Shown here one piece after another: positions 19,748-28,759 of a stretch of 64,000 bases of DNA (its first letter is position 1; each line of letters starts with the position of its first letter). Both the position numbers and the translations under genes were made by a program. The DNA is from Candidatus Moanibacter sp. GTDB taxonomy: Bacteria; Verrucomicrobiota; Verrucomicrobiia; Opitutales; UBA2987. Where the stretch lies: assembly GCA_965215885.1 (NCBI GenBank), contig CBDCEW010000100.1, positions 96,001 through 160,000 on the forward strand. The letters run 5' to 3'. The notes below the pieces were generated by a model. That model had not been told where the DNA came from and searched no databases. It was given only the letters and a program-made list of their open reading frames with translations.

Positions 19748-20146
19748 TCACGACACTTGCTTCATTTCCTTTGCCCCAACCGGTAGGATGAAGCCCGACC
19801 CTTGCGGAGCATCCCCGGCCTTAAGGACAATCTGCGGCCACCACCTGACAAGCTCGGAGATTTGCTTCCAGTAGCTCCTTTCCGCCCAGCCCTTTCCGAG
19901 AAAGAAGGCCGTTAAACCCGACTCTAGCCAAGCTTGGCGCTCGTGCTTTCCACGTGTGATTCGGGGGTCGCCAGAGACGATTACCCAGTCACCCTCCTCT
20001 GCGAGAGTCGCCAGCCATTCTTGATCGGGAGTGTCGCGTCTGAACATTTCCGACAGGTGGGCTATTTCGAGGTGCTGCGGCTCTGCGAGAACCCGTAGCG
20101 CCCTCGCGAATCGCGGACTGATACAGTTATCGAGAAACAGTCTCAC
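19748..20146 (-). CDS. VapC45-like PIN toxin
   Basis: MRLFLDNCISP...DTPDQEWL...IVSGDPRI. Confidence 0.8.
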   Translation of the reverse strand: MRLFLDNCISPRFARALRVLAEPQHLEIAHLSEMFRRDTPDQEWLATLAEEGDWVIVSGDPRITRGKHERQAWLESGLTAFFLGKGWAERSYWKQISELVRWWPQIVLKAGDAPQGSGFILPVGAKEMKQVS

Positions 20147-20838
20147 GCAGCAAGGCTTGCCTCAAAGTCCACTGCATCGCGTGCGGATTTTTGGGAAACC
20201 TCGTACCATTCGGCTACGTGTTCAACAGACGGGTCCGTTCGATAGGCGTTGTAGAGCACACGCGTCGGTACTCCCTCCGGCGAAACAATCGGTGCGCCGA
20301 AAGAACGGCCAGGATCCACTAAGACAGCGCGATCCTCGCCTAAGGGCCGCCACTGTGAGGGTTCGTCGTGCTTATCAAACTCGATTCCAGTATAGAGAAA
20401 CGGCGAAATTACTTGCTCGAAGGCATACTGGCTTTCAACGAGATCAAGCAGGAGCTTATCTCCACTAGGCTGGATCAATTCAGCTAGAATGGTCCGACCG
20501 TCGGTCTTGAAAAGACGGGTCGAGAATGGACGACGTCGGCCGATTAGTTCCCTTGCGCATTCCGAGGCGATACGAATCGATCGCCAGCTAACGCCATGCT
20601 CGCAAAAGGCATTGAGAAAACGAATCTCCATGAGGTCTAAGAAGTCGAGGGCAATTGAACCTTCGATTCGCTTGACGGCGGTTGCGATTACGGGTGGGGA
20701 GTAATGCTGCTCCCCAGCGTAGCGGTAATGGTAACCGCCAGTCCAGCGACGGATCCGCGCCGAAGGAACTCGTGTGAGTCTCTCGGCTTCGGCCACGGTA
20801 TAAAGACCGCGTCCAACTAGCTCAAAGGTCGCAGCCAT
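20143..20838 (-). CDS. VapB45-like antitoxin (HTH + DUF433)
   Basis: GLYTVAEAERLT...FLDLMEIRF...DPGRSFGAP...GVPT; overlaps the toxin start. Confidence 0.82.
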   Translation of the reverse strand: MAATFELVGRGLYTVAEAERLTRVPSARIRRWTGGYHYRYAGEQHYSPPVIATAVKRIEGSIALDFLDLMEIRFLNAFCEHGVSWRSIRIASECARELIGRRRPFSTRLFKTDGRTILAELIQPSGDKLLLDLVESQYAFEQVISPFLYTGIEFDKHDEPSQWRPLGEDRAVLVDPGRSFGAPIVSPEGVPTRVLYNAYRTDPSVEHVAEWYEVSQKSARDAVDFEASLAA

Positions 20839-21091
20839 AACACGGTTCTTTCAAATGATAACTGGTGTATTCGAGCACTTTCAAGATACGTTTTTTCAAA
20901 ACGTTAGTGTATTTCTGGTGCGAATTCATGGCAAGAGCAGCAATTTTGTTCCGATCGTCCGAAATTCGACGAACAAAGTGAGGGCCGCAATCCGCGGCTG
21001 CAGCGCGCGGATCAATGTTTCCGAAAGTTCTGCATTATCCCGGCCGAGGAGCATGAAGTCAATGATAGTTACCGAAGATTCAGTGATTTGG

Positions 21092-22985
21092 CACGGTATT
21101 TTGATTCTCGGAGCATTAGGTGATGATATTGATGGCCTTATGTAAGTTAAAGACGAAATCATCACAGAGTGCGGGAGTGGATTCAGCGCCCATGGAAGAC
21201 TTGAGGCTGAGAACCAGTTGCCTGCATGCAGCAAGAATTCTGGCTGCGTTATGATTACGGATCATACATCGATCTTCATCGAAGAAGCGATCCCTGGGGT
21301 AATGATTTTTATTTTCGATCGACCAATGGTTGCGAATTTTCGAGAGGAACTGTTGAGGGCTCAAATCGGCGGGATCGAGACTGCTTACGTAGTAAGAGCG
21401 TTCAGAGGAAGGTTCAGCTTTGTTTGGATAATGGAAGGTGCGTTGCACACAGGCGAACTGGCGGGCATGGGGCAGGCCGGCAGAGGGAGCGCTTAGAGAA
21501 TGGGTTGCTATTTGACGTATTTCGAGTCGCCCATGGTCATTGTCCACGGTTTGGTGGAGAAAAAGGGGGTGGAGCTGAAGAGATTCTGAGCGTATTGATG
21601 CATGTTGGGCTGATTGTCTTTAATTTGAATAACATAGTCAGCACTGAGTTCTTCGACGACGATGTGGGCAGTTTCTTTTTGATTATGCATGGCGTCGAAG
21701 GTGAAGGTGGAGCCGTCCAAAATGGGCATCTTTCGCAAGAGAGTCTGGGCGGCGGTGATCGCGTTGGATTTATCGGCGGTAGCGACTTGGGCTAAGGTTT
21801 GAGCGCTTTGGTGATCGACTGCGGCCACCAGGTGCAGAGCCTTTGATTCTTCGGTGTTTGTGCCTTTGAGGGTCTTGCCGTCGACGGCAATATCGCGGGG
21901 CAAACAGCCGTCTTGTAAGCAGATGAATTCGGTGAGGGTTTTATCGAAGAGCTCGGCCTTTACGTTTTGCAAGACCCGATAGAAGACATCATAGCAAGGG
22001 GCCTTATAGCGGCCTGTTTTGGGGTTTTTCCAGGAGCGTAAGGCGCGCAATTGGGCTTGATTGAGATGATGGGCCAGGCGCACGATGCCCTTGAGGGTCT
22101 GTTTGCCGCACATCGTGCCGAGCACAATCATGCTCAGGACCGTGGCGAGCCGATATCTAAGGCCCGCTTTACGACGGAAGTCTTCTATCTGATTGAAGCG
22201 TTCCCACAGGCTGCTCATCTGTTCCACTTTGAGGCAGACCGCATGGGAGTTATCGGTTTCATTGAGCGCCTGGCTCTGTGCCGCGGGCAATGGCCCTGAA
22301 GCGCGCAAAAGCTCAAGGGCATTAGCCTTGAGGGGTTTGACCCAGATCTGCTTGGGACGCTCATGGCGTTGATAGAAATCTTCGCGTTGGCGGCCATATC
22401 CCGCGCTCAAGCCCAAGGGCGTCCACCCGCTCGCTTCGTAGCAAGTGCCCCGGTGAATCTGTGGGTCCACGAACGTTTCCGCTACTAAGGGACGATAGCC
22501 AAAAGCCTCCTGCCAGTGATCGGCTAAGACTCTCAGGCACATACCCAACGTCTTGGAGGCCAAATTTGCAAGATCCACCCCGGGCAAAATCAGAAAACGC
22601 CGGTTCTGTACTACCAGTTTCAATCGTGCATGCCGTTGCGCCCCGTCCCACCCGATCCATTCGTCTCGATCCTTCAGCCGGTAGGATGCGGCCCCCCACA
22701 AGAGCAGGCCCATCCATTGCCCGTCGATCTGCGCCACATAGCGCAGGGTCTCTCCTGCGCTGCCCGCACTGTGTAAATAATGATGTTGTTTCAATAGATC
22801 ATTGAATCGCTCCTGCTCTTCGGGCAGGACCAGACGCAGAGTTAAACGATCTATCGAAGGATTCAGTTGGTAAGATTTTTTGTCTTTCATCCCATCTTAA
22901 CATGACTGATTCCCTCGGGTTTGTTTAGCTCTTTTTTTATCTTCTTGCTTATCAGCTAGTTGCTTCCTGGAATCCTTTTACCCTG
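21092..22985 (-). mobile_element. ISAs1 family element, copy 1 (1894 bp)
   Basis: IRs CAGGGTAAAAGGATTC / CACGGTATTTTGATTC; 10-bp TSD AGTGATTTGG (21082-21091, 22986-22995). Confidence 0.93.
21116..22890 (-). CDS. DUF4338-fused ISAs1 transposase in two frames (-1 shift near 21560-21569)
   Basis: HHYL...RFLILP...NLAS...ETFVDP...GTCY (DUF4338); AVDGKTLKG, TFDAMH, IKDNQP; second frame HGRLEIR...RNHWSIEN...FDEDR. Confidence 0.88.
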
Positions 22986-23184
22986 AGTGATTTGGCAAAT
23001 TGTGTTTCTTACAGATGTCACAATAGACAGAATTCCGTCTATTGTCATGAAAAAGATGTCGAGTGTGCTGAAAACGGTGTTTCGCAAGCAGCGAATCGGA
23101 CAGAATCAGACTGCGAGTGTTAGAGTAAAGGAATCGAAGAGGGTCCAGGAATCGAGAGGGAATCGGAGAGGGGAATCGAAGACG

Positions 23185-23440
23185 GTCAAACTGCGAATTG
23201 TTGTGTGGAGAAGACGCTTTGAAGGCGTCGGTAACGGGACAGACTGCCGCGGTATGCCATCCGCCTCGTTCAGCTCTTGAGAGCTTGGGTGTCTTGCCTT
23301 GCACGACCTCCGTGGGGTAGGGCAGGGCGATGGAACCGAAAATCCGTGAGGTTTTTGGGTTGAGGTAATCGGTAAGCGCACTGAGGAACGTAGAAGATAA
23401 CATGGGTTGTCAGGCTCGGCGTCTAACGCCCTGCGACGCC
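23185..23440 (-). repeat. ~260-bp diverged direct repeat, copy 2
   Basis: Homologous to 19310-19570; GTTAGAC core near its 5' end on the minus strand. Confidence 0.85.
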
Positions 23441-23597
23441 TTCCCGTTTAGTCAAGACTTAACTCCCGACCCCATTTCCGCCCCTGTGTTTATAGTTGCC
23501 ACTAGAAACTCGTAATCACGCCCGTATTCGACCGACTGAACACTCATAAGCGACCCCAGCTGTAATCCCGCGAGAAGAAGGTATTCCATATTATGTT

Positions 23598-23721
23598 GCC
23601 CAACGTTGAGTCATCCTACGCCTGACCGGGCGCGCGCTCCGACTTCTGGGTTGATCGTTGAATGGTCATGGTGGGTTGAACTCGCGGCGGGTCAGGCGTT
23701 AGGATCGACGTCTTGTTCGGC
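23598..23721 (-). other. attC site (124 bp)
   Basis: GCCGAAC...cctaacgcctgacccg...cggtcaggcgtagg...GTTGGGC. Confidence 0.9.
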
Positions 23722-23734
23722 TTTTCTCTACTAC

Positions 23735-24202
23735 TCATAGTGAAAGCTTTAGTCCTTCGTGGGTCACTACGAATCCTAATGATTCGTTGAACTTCTTGGC
23801 GTCTGGCCGAGACTTATCCGTGGTGAGTTGGATCAAGTGGCAGCCCTCCTCTTTAGCGCGACAAATAGCTTCTGAAATCATGAGTCGGCCGATTCCTTGT
23901 GAGCGATGCCCCGAATCGACTCTGAAACCTTCGATCAATGCTCTCCTACCGCCCCGAAAGGTTAGATATGGAATGAAAGTGAGCTGCAGAACTCCGACTG
24001 CTCTGTTCTCAGACACCGCCACTAGTAGCTCATTAGCGCCGCTTTCAGAGATCTCGTCGAAGGCACTTCCATATGAGGTAGGAAGAGGCTCGTCGAAACT
24101 CTCTCTCGTGCGACCGAGCTTATCGTCCGCGAGCATCCGAACAATGCATGGCAGATCCGCTTGGATCGCCTCTCGAATCGCTATCGTTGGTGGAGAGCTC
24201 AT
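23735..24202 (-). CDS. GNAT acetyltransferase (cassette gene)
   Basis: LADDKLGRTRE, VGVLQLTFIPYL, RSQGIG, QLTTDKSRPDA. Confidence 0.9.
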   Translation of the reverse strand: MSSPPTIAIREAIQADLPCIVRMLADDKLGRTRESFDEPLPTSYGSAFDEISESGANELLVAVSENRAVGVLQLTFIPYLTFRGGRRALIEGFRVDSGHRSQGIGRLMISEAICRAKEEGCHLIQLTTDKSRPDAKKFNESLGFVVTHEGLKLSL

Positions 24203-24213
24203 CTTATTTTCTC

Positions 24214-25788
24214 GCCGAACGTTAAAGGCCAGATACGCGACAAATGACAAACAAATTAAAAAAATCGCCTCGTCAGCAGAATCTGTGGGTTATTTCGGGT
24301 TCAGGCAAGTCGCCCATGGTATGAAATAGGGCGATCTTAAGCACTTCGAAGCTCTTAAAGCCGTATGCTTTTCTGATAGTGAGATTTATATTGCGGTTAA
24401 AGCCCTCCACAATGCCGCAGGAAAAGGCCTTTTTGGCCCGAAACCAGTTGAGGATGAGCGGCTCGTGTTTGCGCACCGAGCGCACGAACCTTTTGATCGG
24501 TTTGAGGCGCGAACGCATGGCGCGCGTGCACCATTTTTTCAGATACCATTGGGCCCAGTAGGGACTTTTATAATGCCACAAGAGCTGAAAGCTCTCCTTT
24601 AGTAGATAGGCCCGCACGCTCTTCAGATCGTATTGGAGCACCTCCTTGAGGCGGATCTGTTGGGTGGGGGTGAGATTTGCGGATTTTTGAAGAAACAGTA
24701 TTTGCTTTTGACCAGCACGTTGATGTAGCCGTCCCGTTGCAATCGCCTGGCTTCCGCAGCACGAATCTCATTGAGGGCCTTGTTCAGGTTGGCTACCAAG
24801 TGGAAGCGATCGAGGATGTGCAGCGCCTGGGGTGCCTTTTTCTTGATCACTTTGAGGTAAGGCTTCCACAGATCCGAGCAGACGTAGAGGATCTGGCTGC
24901 TCTTTTGCGCTCCCAATTCCCAGAAAAAACGCAAGAGCGATTTTACGTTGCGCTTATTGAATACGCCCAATAGCCGCCGCCGCCCCTCGTCAAGCTGGTA
25001 GACCACGGTGAGATAGTGATGGCCTCGATGATACTGCACCTCATCGACTCCGATCGCCTCAATCCCGCTCATATCGCGCCGTTTGAGCCCCCAACGCACC
25101 ATCGCCTCGACCGACTCGAAGACGTTGCGCCAGTTTGCGAAAAACCCTTGCCGTCTCTTCCCAGCTCAAGCGCCTCGCCCACTGGGCCAGAAAATTGCAT
25201 TGGCCAACTCAGATGACTCTTGCCCTTGGCCCAGGGCACCTCTTCGACCTTCACCCCGCACCGCCGGCAATTGACCCGCCGCATGCGGTAACGAAAATAC
25301 ACCTTCATCCCCCACAAGGGCACAAATTCAAAATGCCTCGCCTCGCTCATGTGGTCGTAGCCGCTGGCCGTCCGGCCACACCCCGAACAGCACACCCGAC
25401 TATTCTTGCGCGGCTCAATCTGCACCACAATCGCCTCCACCGATTTCACCATTTCCATACTCGCCTTTGCGTAAACAAAGCTCTTTAGCAATTCAGTAGC
25501 GTTTTGATGAGCACTGGGTCCTCCGTGTTCAGGATGTATTTTCGGTACTACTTTCATCCTCGGAACGGCCCGGTGCTTCAACCTTTCAATCCCATATGCA
25601 AAGAAAACACCGACCAGCCCCTCCGGCTGTGGAGGAGCGGGATTCAGGGCAGCGCCCTGACTTCTCCTTGTGCTCACCGACTCTATTTCCTCTTGTAAGC
25701 GACGTTACCCACCCACAGATTCTGCTGTAGACCCAAAAAATCTAAAACAAGAACCTTACACCGCGTTATCTGGGCCGACTTGTTAGGT
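24214..25788 (-). other. attC site split by ISL3
   Basis: Left arm ACCTAAC...ccagataacgcg (25788-25735) and right arm cgcgtatctgg...GTTCGGC (24266-24214). Confidence 0.85.
24267..25734 (-). mobile_element. ISL3 family element with multiply frameshifted transposase
   Basis: IRs share CAGCAGAATCTGTGGGT; 8-bp TSD AAAAAATC; CSGC/CRRC zinc finger, IGVDE, LDRFH, VEGFN..I...RKAYGF spread over three frames. Confidence 0.92.
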
Positions 25789-25795
25789 ATTTCTT

Positions 25796-26122
25796 TTAAT
25801 CGATTAATGAATATGTTAAACAATCATACTTATAATTCGGATCAATTCTCATTACCGTTTCCGATTTCACAAGATCTTGCAAAGAGGTTAAGTCGTACGG
25901 GTTCTTTTTCGCCTTAATGTCATATTTCTCAAATTCACATAATTTATCAAATCCTATGTTAGTATCACCATATTTGCGCTGTAATGGATATTCATTCTTT
26001 TTTAGTTTGTTCTCAAATTTCAGCAATAATTCCATACTAGATGCGGCACACGATTTAGGAAACCATTGTTGATGGTAAGGAAGAATAGTATTTATGAAAT
26101 TATCTAGTTTATTTTTGTTCAT
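25796..26122 (-). CDS. Low-GC hypothetical cassette protein (possibly internally deleted)
   Basis: AT-rich 108 aa ORF between attC sites; start core GTTAGAA does not match end core ACCTAAC. Confidence 0.55.
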   Translation of the reverse strand: MNKNKLDNFINTILPYHQQWFPKSCAASSMELLLKFENKLKKNEYPLQRKYGDTNIGFDKLCEFEKYDIKAKKNPYDLTSLQDLVKSETVMRIDPNYKYDCLTYSLID

Positions 26123-26198
26123 TTCTAACGTTCAAGTGATTGTATGGATGCGAGGAGCGGAGCGACGAACAGCCATTACCATGCACGCCTTGTTAGGC
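26123..26198 (-). other. attC site
   Basis: GCCTAAC immediately after a stop...cgtcgctccgctcctcgc...GTTAGAA. Confidence 0.8.
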
Positions 26199-26934
26199 CT
26201 ACATGACTCTTCGCCTTTGAAACGCTTTTACATCGGCGGCAGAAAGCTGAAACCATTCGCCTTCTAATCGCTTTTCCCTAAATCGGTTGTGCCAGTAGGC
26301 TTCAATGCCAACCGGATCGTCAGTTGAAATGACATGAACCTCTTCAGTCTTGTAGGGCATCTGTGTTTTAATCTCTTTGTAGCGCCTCGCAGCGTCCGTG
26401 CTTCTTCCGGATTTTGTAGGATTTGCCGTGCTTCAATAGGTAGACGTGCCCTTCCTCGTTTCCGATTTCCCCGGTTGAGCCAATTGGCTCTTTCCTGCTT
26501 CTCAGTGACTCGCGAGCAGACAGCAGAATCTCGGTCACATCCGAAGAGCCCTCGTGGGATTCACAATAATCCAATATCCGGTCGATCATTTGCGCTTTTT
26601 TGCCGAGGTGTCGGGCGATCGTAACATGGCTCGGAAGTTCGTCGTCTTGCCGCTTTCGAAGTTTTAATTCCGGTTTCGTCGGGAGGTGCCCGAGTTCCCT
26701 GGTAAATTCGACGATCTTAGAAATCATCCATTCTTGATCGAGCGGCTCGGCACCGAAGTGGTTGGGAGCGAATCCTGCTTCTATCTGAGCATCAGACCAT
26801 TTCGCCCAGTATATTCCATACCAATCTTCCTTCCGAATTCCCGTTTCCTCACGGAACCGGTCGATCCCGAGCGGCCTACCATCGTTCTCTATGGCGGTTC
26901 GCTTGATGGCTGAAAGGATATATTCTTTATCCAT
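26199..26934 (-). pseudogene. GIY-YIG (T5orf172/MUG113-like) nuclease with homing-endonuclease-associated repeats, frameshifted
   Basis: WAKWSDAQIEAGF repeat, GHVYLLKHGKSYKI, then a shifted frame ...TDDPVGIEAYWHNRF...GEWFQL. Confidence 0.8.
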
Positions 26935-26945
26935 TTCGTTTTTGT

Positions 26946-27029
26946 GCCGAACGCCACCATAACCGACCGGAGCACGCAGTGCGGAGGTCCAGCCAGCTTT
27001 GCTGGCGATGGTTGATGGCTTTGTTAGGC
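26946..27029 (-). other. attC site
   Basis: GCCTAAC-aaagccatcaacc...ggttatggtggc-GTTCGGC. Confidence 0.85.
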
Positions 27030-27037
27030 AACACCCT

Positions 27038-27460
27038 CTACACCCTAAACGTTCTAATTCGATCCGGTTTTAGGTTTAGGACACGGAGCACTTCTGGGTT
27101 ACTACGCCAGAACTCAAGAGTTTTCTGATTTCCTTGGTTGGACAAATCCCAGTACTTAGATGACAATTTTTCCACCAGCTCGATCCCACCTTCTTTGTGA
27201 ATTGAAGCTAGTCCATCAAACGCAACCCAACCCTCCTGCTCGCCAACATTATTGATGACGAGTACAGATATTGATGGGTTGACGCGTATTCTAGCCAATT
27301 TTGGTGAGGTCTTATTCGAAAACATGAAAACCGACTCTCCATCCCATTCAAACCACACAGGGACAGAAATTGGTGCACCGCTCTCTGAGAGAGTCGTAAT
27401 GATTGCGTATCGCGGCTCCGAAAGAAAACGGTCACGTTCCTCAACTGTCATTTTTGCCAT
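27038..27460 (-). CDS. Pyridoxamine 5'-phosphate oxidase-like (split-barrel flavin/F420-binding) protein
   Basis: ERDRFLSEPRYAIITT...P.SVPVWFEWDG...SPKLARIRVNP; RBS AGGAGG. Confidence 0.85.
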   Translation of the reverse strand: MAKMTVEERDRFLSEPRYAIITTLSESGAPISVPVWFEWDGESVFMFSNKTSPKLARIRVNPSISVLVINNVGEQEGWVAFDGLASIHKEGGIELVEKLSSKYWDLSNQGNQKTLEFWRSNPEVLRVLNLKPDRIRTFRV

Positions 27461-27482
27461 TGAAATTCCTCCTATTCTGACT

Positions 27483-27633
27483 GCCTAATTCGGCGCTCAC
27501 CAACTTCGCGCTGGACTGTAGCAAGCTTGCTTGCGGAAGGGAAGCGGGAATGTTGGTGCAGTGTCCTGGTTCCGCGGTGCGCGTAGCGCGACGCGGGAAC
27601 AGGACACTGCACGAAGTGAGCGCCGAATTCCTG
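27483..27633 (-). other. Branched attC-like site with non-canonical AAT/ATT core (ORF-less cassette)
   Basis: CAGGAAT-tcggcgctcac...gtgagcgccga-ATTAGGC; both half-cores match the neighbouring cassette ends. Confidence 0.65.
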
Positions 27634-27654
27634 CGGAGGAGCGAAGCGGATCCG

Positions 27655-27717
27655 CAGGAACGTTAAAACTCTCACACGACGGCGCTAGCCGGCGTTGTGA
27701 GCAGTGCTTGGTTAGAC
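27655..27717 (-). other. attC site
   Basis: GTCTAAC...ctcaca...tgtgag...GTTCCTG. Confidence 0.85.
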
Positions 27718-28080
27718 ATTTTTGATTGCTTCAGTAGCGAAATGTGTCGCGAGTCGATTGATAACTGAAAAGACCAATGATCCTCCCTTCGAGGATATGA
27801 CGGTCTTAATTTTGTTCCATACTTTATCATCCCTTATTTTTCCAAGAAACTCGTGACCCTCCCAAGTGAGCTCAAATGGTATTACGTAGATGACTCGATC
27901 ACTCGTGCTCGATGTAACTGGTTCGCACCTCAATAAACCTGCATCATGGAGCAGTACAAGATGAGTCTTGATAGTGAATTCTTCGTACCCCTCAATTGGT
28001 GGCACGTCAATACGTTCGGGTGTTTCCCTTTCTTCGAAAAAGAGGAGTAGTTTTCGAACTAGCTCAAAGTCTCGTTTCAT
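27712..28080 (-). CDS. DUF2513 family protein (cassette gene)
   Basis: MKRDFELVRKLLL...HLVLLHDAGL...LTWEGHEFL.KIRDDKVW. Confidence 0.88.
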   Translation of the reverse strand: MKRDFELVRKLLLFFEERETPERIDVPPIEGYEEFTIKTHLVLLHDAGLLRCEPVTSSTSDRVIYVIPFELTWEGHEFLGKIRDDKVWNKIKTVISSKGGSLVFSVINRLATHFATEAIKNV

Positions 28081-28087
28081 AATTTTG

Positions 28088-28211
28088 GTCTAACGTACCA
28101 GCCCACCCACAGACGGGCGAGAAGGCGTGCGGCGAACTATTTGAAAATGAACTTGCAAGAAATTTTGAAATCAATGCCGTCCGTCTGTTGGCGTGCCGCG
28201 TCTTGTTAGCC
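28088..28211 (-). other. attC site (124 bp)
   Basis: GGCTAAC...cagacgg...ccgtctg...GTTAGAC. Confidence 0.88.
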
Positions 28212-28553
28212 AATTAGAGTTTTGAGATTTTGAACAGCCTTTTCATACCTCTCTTCATCATAAGCTTCCGTAAGGATGGATTCCGCGCTTGCTGCCTCTA
28301 CGAGTTCGAGAACGTGGCTTGCCAGTTGCTTGACCGATTCTTCGGTTTCCTTGAGTTTCTTGAACTTTATGTCCAACAATTTTCCAGCCGTTAGTCTTTC
28401 AAGTGTTCCGTCGAAGAATATGAGTCCGAACACCACAATCGACAATACGATAAGCGCGAGAAACGTGGCTTCTCCGACAATACCCTTCACGATCAATATG
28501 GACGATCCAGACACGCCTAGGATCAGGAGAGTTACTGCTATGGTTCTTTTCAT
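28206..28553 (-). CDS. Hypothetical 2-TM membrane protein (cassette gene)
   Basis: 115 aa, two hydrophobic helices then a coiled-coil-like tail; stop inside R''. Confidence 0.75.
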   Translation of the reverse strand: MKRTIAVTLLILGVSGSSILIVKGIVGEATFLALIVLSIVVFGLIFFDGTLERLTAGKLLDIKFKKLKETEESVKQLASHVLELVEAASAESILTEAYDEERYEKAVQNLKTLIG

Positions 28554-28700
28554 TTTCGCGGGGTTGTATTGGTTATGCTCTCTTCCCTTTCGGGTGATAG
28601 ACTCGGCAATTCGTTGGTTGTACGAGCTCTTATCCTTTCCCTTCGGGCTGATCGATTTGGGTTTCTATTAGGTTTTCGGGAAGGTAACTGGATTTTTGAT

Positions 28701-28759
28701 GGCTAACGGTATGAATCAGGCGCGGCCTTCAGGCTGTCGCCTGAATTCGATTGTTCGCA
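28701..28759 (-). other. attC site (59 bp)
   Basis: TGCGAAC-aatcgaattcaggcgacagcctgaaggccgcgcctgattcatacc-GTTAGCC. Confidence 0.88.

Noticed and set aside
22300..22890. Druantia anti-phage system (DUF4338/DruA)
   Set aside because: The domain is fused to a transposase inside IS ends; no DruE-like helicase or other dru genes in the window
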